Of a stretch of DNA of 64,000 nucleotides, positions 38,018-46,899 are shown piece by piece. The notes below the pieces were generated by a model, which had not been told where the DNA came from, did no database searches, and saw only the letters and a list, made by a program, of their open reading frames with translations. The position numbers were made by a program, and so were the translations under genes. Position 1 is the stretch's first letter. The number at the start of each line of letters is the position of its first letter. The DNA comes from Candidatus Latescibacterota bacterium (lineage in GTDB: Bacteria; Latescibacterota; UBA2968; UBA8231): assembly GCA_965206595.1 (NCBI GenBank), contig OZ242214.1:1952001-2016000 (forward strand). Direction: 5' to 3'.

Positions 38018-39292
38018 TTATCCGCTTTTCAATAGTGATTCGGTGCGAGAACTGGGGCTTTCATTGGGCTCCTCCACGGAACGCCCCGCGGCAAAATCCA
38101 ACCCCAAATATCCCGCGAAGACCCCAGCCAGCACCCCGGCCCCGACCCCCCCGCCAAAGGCGTTGAACAGGACCAGGGCAGCCAGAAGCGAGAGCTGCTC
38201 CGATTCGTCGAGGTTTGCCCCCAGCGGAGGAGATCCGGTGGACCCCCTTCGCGACAGTAGCTTGACGACCGAGGCAGCGATGAATTTCACTGCGGGACGC
38301 AGCAGGAGGACCACCGCCAGCGAAATGGCGAACGATTCCCAGTCGATTCCAGCAACCTGAAGCCGGTCACCGAGAAGCCAGCCGAGCGCCAGAGGCAGAC
38401 CGAAGCGGGCTAGTGGGCGTCCGCGCTCGACGACCCGGAGGATGTCGAGTCGCCGCAGAGTGCAGTTGATCAACCAGATGCCGGTGAACGCCCCCACCCA
38501 GAGCGGCTGCAGCCCGAGGCCCCCCGACAGACCAGCACCGACGAATGCGAAGCTTGACAAGAGGAACAAAAGGGGCCCGGTCGGGTGATACTCGCGCGAG
38601 GCAAGATCGCAGAGCAGGCCAATGATCCCGCCTAGTGCGGCTCCCCATAAAATCCTGTCAACCCCTTCCATTGCAATTAGTTGAGAAAGACCGAAAAAAG
38701 GTGTAGTCAGCTCGGAGGCGGGGGCTGGCATAAGGGCTGAAGCCACCCCAAGGGAGGCGATGGCTGCTACGGCAGAAAGGGATGGGCGCCGGAATTCGAG
38801 GCGATGCGTCGCCCGAAACGAACCGCTGCGTTCCCTGGTCGAGGACGGACCTGCGATGCATAACGCAGCCAGAACCATGGCTGCGGCAGGAGTGGCCAGA
38901 TCTCCTCCGGTCCCAGGCACATTGCTCATGGCGTACACAGAGACGGGAGCAAGTACCAGGGCAATGAGGAATTGATAGAAGCCGGGAAGCAGGCTCGAGC
39001 CCCCCGCAAGGCGAAGAACGCGGAAGTCCAGGCAGCATCCGCAGGAAAAGCCGATCCATCCTGCGAAAAAGAGGGAAGCCAGGCCCGCGGCATCCCCAAG
39101 ACCGGACAACCAAGGCGTTCCGCTACAGCCGAAGAGGAGCCCGACCACGGCACACAGATGGCGCTCACCGACAACAGCGACAACTCCCGGACTCGCGCTC
39201 TCCCGCTGCAACACCCAGCCGCGGACAACATACGCTCCGTACGCTGCGACGATGGCGGCGGCGACCAGAAATGCCGGGACCAGAGCGGGCAT
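38018..39292 (-). CDS. multi-pass membrane protein (possibly cation/H+ exchanger-like)
   Basis: About 11-12 hydrophobic segments; ATG directly after the upstream stop; the GWIGF.CG..LDFR.LR segment recalls CPA-type transporters. Confidence 0.6.
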   Translation of the reverse strand: MPALVPAFLVAAAIVAAYGAYVVRGWVLQRESASPGVVAVVGERHLCAVVGLLFGCSGTPWLSGLGDAAGLASLFFAGWIGFSCGCCLDFRVLRLAGGSSLLPGFYQFLIALVLAPVSVYAMSNVPGTGGDLATPAAAMVLAALCIAGPSSTRERSGSFRATHRLEFRRPSLSAVAAIASLGVASALMPAPASELTTPFFGLSQLIAMEGVDRILWGAALGGIIGLLCDLASREYHPTGPLLFLLSSFAFVGAGLSGGLGLQPLWVGAFTGIWLINCTLRRLDILRVVERGRPLARFGLPLALGWLLGDRLQVAGIDWESFAISLAVVLLLRPAVKFIAASVVKLLSRRGSTGSPPLGANLDESEQLSLLAALVLFNAFGGGVGAGVLAGVFAGYLGLDFAAGRSVEEPNESPSSRTESLLKSG

Positions 39293-40156
39293 TCAGGCAG
39301 CCCCGTCTATCGGCCGTCCCGTGTCGAGGTCGAGATTGGCGAGGCCGGCAAAACGTTTGGGCCAGGCGTCGGCCAAGTCGCTCAGCGCAGCTCGACCGCG
39401 CGCCATCATCCGGTTCGTCGCCTCCTCCCTCGGCCGTTTCGGGTTGACCAAGCCTACTGCGTTCTCGAAGAACTCGACCGGCGCCAGGAGGCCGCTCATG
39501 GCACGGTAAAAGGGAGCAGAAATACGCCCTGCGAGGCCGGCCGCCGGACTGTGTCCCACCGGCTTGGCGGAACCCGCCCATTTGAAGATTGACGGCATTC
39601 TTCCGACCCAGCTCGCCAGTGACCGCCATCCGCGGCAGATGACTTCGTCGTCGGCTTCTGAGGGAAAATACTCCCGTGCCGCCCCCGTGAGTTGACACTC
39701 CTCTCCCGGCCGTACCGGCATGTCGATCTTTACCACCCACTCGGCAGCGGAACTTTTTTCCAGGACATGGCAGTCCAACCCCCACTCCAGGCTCTTGTGC
39801 CACAGGTCGGACCGCCCACTCAGTGCCCCACTGCCTGCGGCGGCAAGCGCGACCTCCTCGTTTATCAATGGGTGAATCCGAATGTCGGTGTAAAGGTGAA
39901 GAGCCCAGCCGGCCGCGAAGGCCTCCTCTGCCGGGGTTCGCGACAGGGCGAGGAGATGCCTTGCGAAGTCACCGGTTCTCTCGTGGTGAATGCGGTGGGA
40001 AAGGCGCCGGGGACCGCCGGGGAAAAAACCGATATCGGGAGCTACAGATCCGGCCTGGAATGCGGTCAGAAGCAGGGCGTCTTCCTTCCGGTTTCCTTTC
40101 GCCAAGGCCGGGAACGCGCGGCGGGCGAGCCACAGGTGAAAAAGGCTTCCAGCCAA
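39293..40156 (-). CDS. zinc-dependent phospholipase C family protein
   Basis: N-terminal H, GSVAPD, H, GW.LH.YTD...HP and H..LE..LD metal-ligand pattern. Confidence 0.8.
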   Translation of the reverse strand: MAGSLFHLWLARRAFPALAKGNRKEDALLLTAFQAGSVAPDIGFFPGGPRRLSHRIHHERTGDFARHLLALSRTPAEEAFAAGWALHLYTDIRIHPLINEEVALAAAGSGALSGRSDLWHKSLEWGLDCHVLEKSSAAEWVVKIDMPVRPGEECQLTGAAREYFPSEADDEVICRGWRSLASWVGRMPSIFKWAGSAKPVGHSPAAGLAGRISAPFYRAMSGLLAPVEFFENAVGLVNPKRPREEATNRMMARGRAALSDLADAWPKRFAGLANLDLDTGRPIDGAA

Positions 40157-40208
40157 TCAGGCCAGCCGATCGAACCGCCGCCGGTGAAACCCCGGGAGTG
40201 GGCGTCTA

Positions 40209-41375
40209 GTGTCCTGTCGTATAATTAACTGTACAAACAATTGAAGGTGCCGTAGGTTTCTCTTATCCCCTTTCTGAAAGGAGAGACCTATGGTGACGGG
40301 GCGTCCATTACCGCCGTTAGAGCTGAGTCCGTCGGACCGGGAACGATTGGAATCGATGGCCAAATCCCGGAGCCTTTCCCACGGGTTGGTGCGGCGAGCC
40401 GAGATTAGTCTGCTGGCCGCAGAAGGCTGGCCCAATGAAGCCGTCGCCGCCGCCGTGGGTGTGACGCGTGCTACGGTCGGCAAGTGGCGCCGGCGCTTTC
40501 TCGAAAACGGGCTCCAGGGCTTGCATGATGAGCTGCGCTCAGGGGCGCCACGATCGAGTACGGATGAACAGGTAGCCGAGGTGGTATACAAGACCCTGAA
40601 GACCAAGCCCAAAGACGAAACACAGTGGTCGGTGCGCTCCATGGGCGAAGAAACCGGCTTGACCAAGGACGCGGTTCATCGCATTTGGCGCACATATGGT
40701 TTGCAGCCCCATCGACACAAGCACTTCACGCTTTCCACCGATCCTTTCTTTGTCGACAAAGTACGGGATATCGTCGGCTTGTACCTGAATCCACCCGAGC
40801 ACGCCCTGGTGCTGTGCGTCGACGAGAAGAGCCCGATCCAGGCGTTGGAACGAAGTCAGCCCATGCTGCCCCTGGGACTGGGATACGTGGAAGGGATTAC
40901 GCACGATTACAAGCGCCATGGCACCACCACCCTGTTTGCCGCCTTGGACGTAGCCACCGGGGAAGTGATGACCCAGTGCAAGCCCCGTCATCGTCACCAG
41001 GAGTTCCTCCCGTTCCTGCGCCACATCGAGGCCCACGTCCCCGCTGACCTCGATATTCATCTCGTCGTCGACAACTACGCCACGCATAAGCAGGCCAAGG
41101 TCAAGCGATGGCTGGCACGGCGTCCCCGATTTCACGTTCACTACACCCCCACCTATGCTTCGTGGCTCAATCAGGTGGAGATCTGGTTCAATATCCTTAC
41201 CCGCCAGGCGGTTCGGCGCGATTCGTTCCGTAAGGTATCCGAGCTCATCGAGCGCATCGAACGCTACACGGCCAAATGGAACGCCAACGCACACCCTTTC
41301 GTCTGGACCGCTACGGCCGATTCCATCCTCGCGAAAATCAAGAGACTTTGCGAACGAATCTCTGCGACACAACAC
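40209..41375 (+). mobile_element. IS630-family insertion sequence, complete
   Basis: Ends GTGTCCTGTCG...CGACACAACAC (imperfect IR), duplicated TA in a CTAG context (40207-08 and 41376-77), single transposase. Confidence 0.93.
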
Positions 41376-41378
41376 TAG
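40290..41378 (+). CDS. IS630 transposase
   Basis: HTH region; CVDEKS (D), [20 protein letters not shown] (D) and [10 protein letters not shown] (E). The stop codon uses the target TA. Confidence 0.96.
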   Translation: MVTGRPLPPLELSPSDRERLESMAKSRSLSHGLVRRAEISLLAAEGWPNEAVAAAVGVTRATVGKWRRRFLENGLQGLHDELRSGAPRSSTDEQVAEVVYKTLKTKPKDETQWSVRSMGEETGLTKDAVHRIWRTYGLQPHRHKHFTLSTDPFFVDKVRDIVGLYLNPPEHALVLCVDEKSPIQALERSQPMLPLGLGYVEGITHDYKRHGTTTLFAALDVATGEVMTQCKPRHRHQEFLPFLRHIEAHVPADLDIHLVVDNYATHKQAKVKRWLARRPRFHVHYTPTYASWLNQVEIWFNILTRQAVRRDSFRKVSELIERIERYTAKWNANAHPFVWTATADSILAKIKRLCERISATQH

Positions 41379-41387
41379 CGGGTGGAG

Positions 41388-41861
41388 TCAGAAGGGGAGG
41401 TCGTCTTCGGCGTCAGTTCCGCCCCCGGCGGAGAACCCCGGTCCGCCGGCGTTCCCGCCCCCTATCTCAGGAGGTGGAGCGGGGGGAACAGGCGGCCCCT
41501 CCCCGGCACCCTCTGCTTGCTCCCCGCGACTATCGAGCATCTGCATGTCGTTGACGACGATTTCCGTGGTATAGCGCTTCTGGCCGTTCTGGTCCTCCCA
41601 GGCCCGGGTCTCGATCCTGCCTTCGACATAGACCTTGCTTCCCTTGCGCAGGTACTGTCCTACGATCTCTGCCAGCTTTCTCCAGAAGACCAGGCGATGC
41701 CACTCGGTCCTATCCTGCCGTTCCCCGTTTCGGTCGGTCCAGGATTCGTTGGTCGCCAGACTGACGTTGGCAACCGGGACGCCGCTCGGCGTGTACTTCA
41801 CTTCCGGGTCGGAACCGAGGTTGCCGATCAGGATCGCTTTGTTGACACCCCCTCGGGACAT
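41388..41861 (-). CDS. ssb: single-stranded DNA-binding protein
   Basis: [32 protein letters not shown] and C-terminal DDLPF; AGGAGA RBS. Confidence 0.97.
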   Translation of the reverse strand: MSRGGVNKAILIGNLGSDPEVKYTPSGVPVANVSLATNESWTDRNGERQDRTEWHRLVFWRKLAEIVGQYLRKGSKVYVEGRIETRAWEDQNGQKRYTTEIVVNDMQMLDSRGEQAEGAGEGPPVPPAPPPEIGGGNAGGPGFSAGGGTDAEDDLPF

Positions 41862-42171
41862 TGGAAACTCTCCTTTCCTCGAAACCAACCCGAGTCCGCG
41901 AGGGACCGCCACATCGCGAGCATGGACCGGTGGAGTTAGTATTTTGGGGTACGTAAACCGGTCGGTGAAACAGGGTCAAGAGATGGGCCTGCCGCCCGTC
42001 AACAAATATCCCTTTCTTGAAATTCCCCGGCCGATTCATCCATGCTGCGGCTTTCAACCAATGTCCAGTATCCACCAGCCAGGGATGATTGCACACCCGG
42101 TGCCTTCGATTCAGCACAATCGCACGCCACATCACCTCAGCACGATCACCCTCAGATAGCGGGAAGCCATC

Positions 42172-43288
42172 ATGAGCACTCCTGCCATGTATCATCGCCT
42201 GGGACTACGCCCCTTCATAAACGCCCGGGGCACCATTACCACCCTGGGCGGCTCGATCATGCCCCTGGAGGTGGTCGATGCGATGGTCGAGGCTTCGCGG
42301 CAGTTCGTACACCTCAACGAGTTGCACGAAAAGGCCGGGGCGCGCATCGCCCGGCTCACCGGAGCCGAAGGGGCATTCATTTCGGCCGGAGCGGCCTCGG
42401 GCATGCTCCTGGCCGGCGCCGCTTGCCTCACCGGCGAGGACCCCGAGTTCATCGGCCGTCTCCCTGACACCGGAGGCCGCGCCAACGAATTCGTGATCTC
42501 CCTTGTTGACGGCCACTACTACGTGCACCAAAGGGTTCCAGGTGTGCGGAGGCACCCTGGTCAAGGTCGGCACCCCCCATTCGGTACGCGCCCGAGACTA
42601 TGCCGACGGGATCTCCGAGCGTACCGCGGCTTGCGTCTTCTTCCTGGGCAGCCAGCGCCGCGAGCAACTACCCGAGATCATTGAGGTGAGCCATGCCCGC
42701 GGAGTGCCCGTCATCGTCGATGCCGCCGCCCAGCTTCCTCCGCGAGCCAATCTGACCGAACTGACCGCAATGGGAGCCGACTTGGTGATCTTCAGCGGAG
42801 GAAAGGGACTTTCCGGGCCGCAGTCCACAGGTTTGATCCTGGGCAGGGCCGACCTGGTGCGTGCCTGCCGCATCAACAGCAATCCTCACTCCGGGGTGGG
42901 ACGCGGCATGAAGGTGGGCAAGGAGGAAATTTGCGGGCTGCTAAGGGCCGTAGAACTGTTCTTCGAGCAGGATGAGGAGGCTGTTGTTGCGGAGTGGGTG
43001 CGCCGCTGCCACCTGATCGCCGAAACCGCGGCCGGTGTACCGGGGGTAGAGCCGGAATACCAGCCGCCCTACGCCAACCAGTTTCCTCCCGCCTCCCCCC
43101 TGATTCACCTCGTCTTCGGCTCTTACGCACCCATTACCGCAGCCCAGGTTGCCCGAGAGCTTGAAGCGGGGGAACCGTCGGTACTGGCCGGGTGCTCCCG
43201 GTATGTAGTGAGTGTGGGGCCACAAACCTTGCAGAATGGGGAAGCTGAGATCATCGCAGCGCGGCTGCGGGCGATTCTGTCCGGGTGA
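42172..43288 (+). pseudogene. SelA-like PLP-dependent enzyme (DgaE-type), frameshifted near 42530
   Basis: INARGT.T.LGGS and AGAA in the first frame; VDAAA, DLVIFSGGK.L.GPQ..G and GRGMKVGKEE in the +1 frame. Removing one A from CACCAAAGGG restores one ORF. Confidence 0.85.
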
Positions 43289-43368
43289 GTTGCCGCCAGA
43301 GTGATCTTTAAAGCAGGCGCGGCGATCGAGGACGGCGCAAGCCATACAGACAACCACAGGAGCCATTC

Positions 43369-44107
43369 ATGCACCTCAAGCATATGCGTCCCAACCAGTT
43401 AAGCGACATGGTCGCCGGGGGGGGGGAACCCTCTCCTGGTCCCGGCCGGCTGCATCGAGACCCACGGCCCGCACATGGCGATTGGCCACGACACCCTCAT
43501 CGTCGAGGAAATCTGCGACCGCGTCGCCGCGCGCACTCCCTGCGCAATTGCCCCCTCCTTCGACTACGGCCCCACCGGCTACGCTCTTGGCGGCCCCGCG
43601 GACGGCACCATCGATCCGGACTACGACTCGTTTGGCCGCTATGTAAAGAGCATCCTTCGCAACTTCGTCGAGATGGGCTTTCGCAAGACCTACGTTATCG
43701 TCATGCATCAGGGGATGGGCGGCCCCTTGGCCCTGTCTTTCAGCAAGGCCTCCGCCGAGCTCGGATTTGAGCAGGTGCTCGCGGCTGGCCACAAGCGCGG
43801 CTGGTGGGGGGACAGGGAAGCACTCGCCAGGGCCGGCGCCTGGAGCGGCCGCATCGAGGTTCAACCGATGATTCTGCCGGAGGCCAGTCCCCCGGCCGGC
43901 GGCGACCATGCCGGGTACAACGAGACCTCTTTCCTGATGGCGGTCCGCCCCGAACTGGTCGAACAGGACCGCCTCGACGACGATGTCCCCTGGTACTGCC
44001 TTCAGGATGAAGAGAAAAACAGCCGCACGGCCAACGCACGGCACGGCCGGGAGATGGTGAAGGCCGTGGTCGACACCTGGATCGCCAAAATCGATCGAGA
44101 ACGCTGA
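43369..44107 (+). pseudogene. creatininase/mycofactocin-peptidase family protein, frameshifted in a G10 run (43417-43426)
   Basis: AGGAG RBS plus ATG at 43369. With G9 the ORF reads NPLLVPAGCIETHGPHMAIGHD (E.HG.H..G.D motif) through to DHAG..ETS. Confidence 0.85.
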
Positions 44108-44302
44108 GGACACCGGGGACCGACACTCTGTTTCGTTGGTGCCATCCCCGCCTTGATCGGGGAGGCCATCCAACCGCATCTCTCTCCCGGAATCCAACAC
44201 CGACCAGTGCCTACTTCGAACCACTCCCCCGACGAAGTGTGAAATGGCGGTCCCGGACCCGGGAAAAACTCCCGCTTGCGGCCGCTTCCGATTTTCTCCT
44301 GC

Positions 44303-44331
44303 TTGACATTCCGCGCCTCCATTGCTATCCT
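44303..44331 (+). promoter_or_regulatory. sigma-70-type promoter upstream of the stand-alone ftsA paralogue
   Basis: TTGACA-N17-TATCCT with an extended -10 TG. Confidence 0.65.
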
Positions 44332-44569
44332 GAACGAAGTCGCGACATACTCAGGAAGGCCGCGGAAAATCCCCCTTTCCTCGGCATCTTTTTCCCTCCT
44401 GTCGCGATCTCCTCCCGATTCCTCCGGGGTTCTTCCCCGCCTCAACCAGTCAAGCTTGGGCTTAACCAATCGCCTTGGCAGAGGTTGGATTCCGGCTTCC
44501 CAGTCGCGTTCTCAAGGTCGAACTAGATTATTCACTGCCGGTTCACCCCGGCCGCGTAGAACATCGCTC

Positions 44570-45787
44570 ATGGGATCTCCTGTAGTAGTGCTCGACATCG
44601 GTGCCTCCAAGGTTCAGTGCCTGGTGGGTGAGGCGGTCGATGAGATCGGGCTCAAAATAACCGGTACTGGATCTTGCCCCTGTGAAGGCATCCGCCGGAC
44701 CGTCGTCATCGACATGCCGAAAATGGTTGAGGCGGTCCGCTCCGCCGTACGGGAGGCCGAGCGTTCCGCCGGCCTCAAGATCGTCGGCGCCTACGTCGGC
44801 GTGGCCGGGGAGGATATTGAAACCCACATCAATCGCGGCGCCGTTGCCATTTCCGGAAGCTCCAACCCCATCGACGAAAACGACGTTCAGAGAGCCTTAG
44901 CGGCCGCGGAAGAGGCCTCCTCTCCCCCGGGAAGCGCGACGGTTCTGCACAGGTTCGTGCAGGGCTACGCTTTGGACGGAGAGCCCGTGCAGAATCCGCT
45001 CTGGCTCCACGGCAGCCGCCTCGAGGTGGAAACGCTCAGCGCAACCGCCCCCGCGCACGTCTGCACGACGTTGCGGCGCGCCGTTTCCCAAGCTGGCGTC
45101 GACATCGCCGGCTTCATCTTGGAAGCAGTCGCCGTGGGTTCGGCTCTGCTCTCGGTGGACGAAAAGGAAATGGGAGTCGGCATCCTCGACATCGGCGCGG
45201 GAACTTCCGACCTGTCGATATATCGCGGATCGCTCAGGTATCTCGCTGAAATCCCCTTCGGAGGAGAGGACATTACCAAAGATCTCTCCGTCGTTCTCAA
45301 CATGTCCCCGCGAGAAGCGGAAAGATTGAAGCGCGAAGAGGGTTGCGTCCGCTGCCCGGCCGAGTCGGCCGACGAAGCGGTTTCATTCAGCACCACCGCA
45401 GGACGGCCGCATACCCTGGTCAGACATCAGCTCAGCGCCGTCATCGAAGCGCGCCAGCAGGAGATACTGGAGTTCGCAGCAAAGGAGATCAAGCATTCCC
45501 AGCAGGGTCATCTTATCTCCGCGGGCATGGTTCTGACAGGAGGTGGTGCCCAGCTGGGCAACCTCGACCAGCTGGGGGAGGAGGTTCTCGGGATGCCGGT
45601 CCGGATCGGTTCGCCCCAGGATGTCGTGGCCCTGGAAGCCTCGGACCCCACCTTCTCTACCGCCGTAGGATTGCTGCGTTTCGCCACCGAGCAGCACGAT
45701 TCACCGGGCAGTATTCTGCCCGCCGGTTCTGGCCGCCGGGGCGGATTTTTCAGGCGCCTCACCAGGATATTCAGCTTCGCCATTTAG
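44570..45787 (+). CDS. ftsA: cell division protein FtsA paralogue (stand-alone)
   Basis: VLDIGASK, AV.EAE..AG, 1C/SHS2 domain (LH.F.Q.Y.LDG...NP..L.G.RLEV), DIGAGTSD, GG..IT.DL, VLTGGG and C-terminal amphipathic GFFRRLTRIFSF. Confidence 0.9.
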   Translation: MGSPVVVLDIGASKVQCLVGEAVDEIGLKITGTGSCPCEGIRRTVVIDMPKMVEAVRSAVREAERSAGLKIVGAYVGVAGEDIETHINRGAVAISGSSNPIDENDVQRALAAAEEASSPPGSATVLHRFVQGYALDGEPVQNPLWLHGSRLEVETLSATAPAHVCTTLRRAVSQAGVDIAGFILEAVAVGSALLSVDEKEMGVGILDIGAGTSDLSIYRGSLRYLAEIPFGGEDITKDLSVVLNMSPREAERLKREEGCVRCPAESADEAVSFSTTAGRPHTLVRHQLSAVIEARQQEILEFAAKEIKHSQQGHLISAGMVLTGGGAQLGNLDQLGEEVLGMPVRIGSPQDVVALEASDPTFSTAVGLLRFATEQHDSPGSILPAGSGRRGGFFRRLTRIFSFAI

Positions 45788-45901
45788 ATTACCGCGAGTT
45801 GCTGGATACGAAGCTTGGCTTCTGTCCCTTCGTTGACAGAATCCGGGGAGCCTTTGAATATTGATTCTCTCGTAAAAACCCTACGTCCCCAGAATGCCCG
45901 G

Positions 45902-45927
45902 TTTTATACAACATTTTTATACAACAT
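45902..45927. repeat. 13-bp tandem repeat TTTTATACAACAT x2
   Basis: Exact adjacent copies at 45902-45914 and 45915-45927 in an AT-rich island. Confidence 0.8.
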
Positions 45928-45966
45928 ATAGTGTATGCCTTGTCTTAGTTGGCCAATATATAGTGG
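45919..45966. promoter_or_regulatory. tandem NrdR-box-like operators
   Basis: ATACAACATATAGTGT (45919-34) and GGCCAATATATAGTGG (45951-66) resemble the consensus acaCwAtATaTwGtgt and lie 32 bp apart, a spacing known for NrdR pairs. Confidence 0.6.
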
Positions 45967-46067
45967 CGCTCTAGTGTGCTGAATCGCTGAACATCCTGAA
46001 AATGGGGTTAATACGAAGGAGTCAATATTGATTGTCGCCTCTCCGGGGCGGCGTCGAGCCATCGACT

Positions 46068-46143
46068 GCCACCCTAGCTCAGTTGGTAGAGCAACTCACT
46101 CGTAATGAGTAGGTCGCCGGTTCGAGTCCGGCGGGTGGCTCCA
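46068..46143 (+). tRNA. tRNA-Thr(CGT)
   Basis: GCCACCC acceptor stem, D-arm GCTCAGTTGGTAGAGC, anticodon arm ACTCA-CTCGTAA-TGAGT, T-arm GCCGG-TTCGAGT-CCGGC and encoded CCA; 76 nt. Confidence 0.97.
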
Positions 46144-46156
46144 ATAATGAGAACAG

Positions 46157-46188
46157 GCACCTGACGAACAGCGTTCAGGTGCTTTTTT
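46157..46188 (+). terminator. Rho-independent terminator after tRNA-Thr
   Basis: GCACCTGA...TCAGGTGC stem followed by TTTTTT. Confidence 0.8.
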
Positions 46189-46299
46189 CATGGTGGCTTT
46201 GTGCTGGTTGAACGGTAGTGACTGCATGCACTCCGAAACTCTCCCAGAATCCCAAATCAAGCCAGGATCTCCGAATCTCCCTCAGGAAGATGAGGGGAG

Positions 46300-46713
46300 A
46301 TGACGGCCTCGGACCTTCCGGATCTCAATGCCGGCCTCAATGCCCTCAGCGCCCTGTTTCTCGGGCTGGGGTATTTCCAGATCCGACGCCGCCGGCCCCG
46401 CCGGCACATGCGCGCCATGCTGGCGGCCCTGTTCACCTCGGCTCTTTTCCTGTTCTCCTATCTCTTCTACCACTGGACCGTCGGGTCCGTACCTTATCCC
46501 CACCAAGGCTGGACCCGCTGGCTCTATTTCGCCGTCCTGGTACCACACGCGATCCTCGCCATGGTCATGGTGCCTTTCATCCTTCTGTCACTGTGGCACG
46601 CATACCGGGGGCAGTTTGGGCGTCACGCGCGGATCACCCGATGGATCTTGCCCGTCTGGATGTACGTGTCCCTCAGCGGCGTGGTCGTGTACGTGATGCT
46701 CTACAAAATGTAG
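46300..46713 (+). CDS. DUF420 membrane protein
   Basis: LP.LNA.LN, H...M..A, SALFL.SY..YH, H..LA, H..I.RW..P.W.YVS..GV.VY. Confidence 0.88.
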   Translation: MTASDLPDLNAGLNALSALFLGLGYFQIRRRRPRRHMRAMLAALFTSALFLFSYLFYHWTVGSVPYPHQGWTRWLYFAVLVPHAILAMVMVPFILLSLWHAYRGQFGRHARITRWILPVWMYVSLSGVVVYVMLYKM

Positions 46714-46781
46714 CTGACGACTGTCCCGGGGGCCGGTGGCCTGCGGGCGGAACCCGGCACCTCCGCCGGGACGGCCATTTC

Positions 46782-46810
46782 TTGACATCGATTCGGAGCT
46801 CCGGTACACT
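46782..46810 (+). promoter_or_regulatory. sigma-70-type promoter for mltG-pcrA
   Basis: TTGACA-N17-TACACT, about 90 nt upstream of mltG. Confidence 0.65.
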
Positions 46811-46899
46811 CGAATCGTCCCCGCATCGATCGATGCTATTCTTCGCGATCATTCTGATTCACCCCTTGAAAACGACTTCACCGTGACCCCCACCTCTCC

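Noticed and set aside
40157-40666. 169-aa minus-strand ORF inside IS630 ending just before the PLC gene
   Set aside because: It is antisense to the transposase, has no motif, and crosses the IS end, so it is probably incidental.
42172-43288. Selenocysteine synthase selA or Sec recoding
   Set aside because: It is short (~370 aa) with DgaE-type motifs, there is no selB/selC/selD nearby, and the break is a frameshift rather than an in-frame TGA.
45894-45974. 26-codon ORF or oriC in the AT-rich island
   Set aside because: No RBS for the ORF. TTATACAAC is not a proper DnaA box, and there is no box cluster or dnaA/gidA context.
46144-46300. Integrative element at the tRNA-Thr 3' end
   Set aside because: No integrase and no duplicate of the tRNA 3' end were found in the window; housekeeping genes follow.
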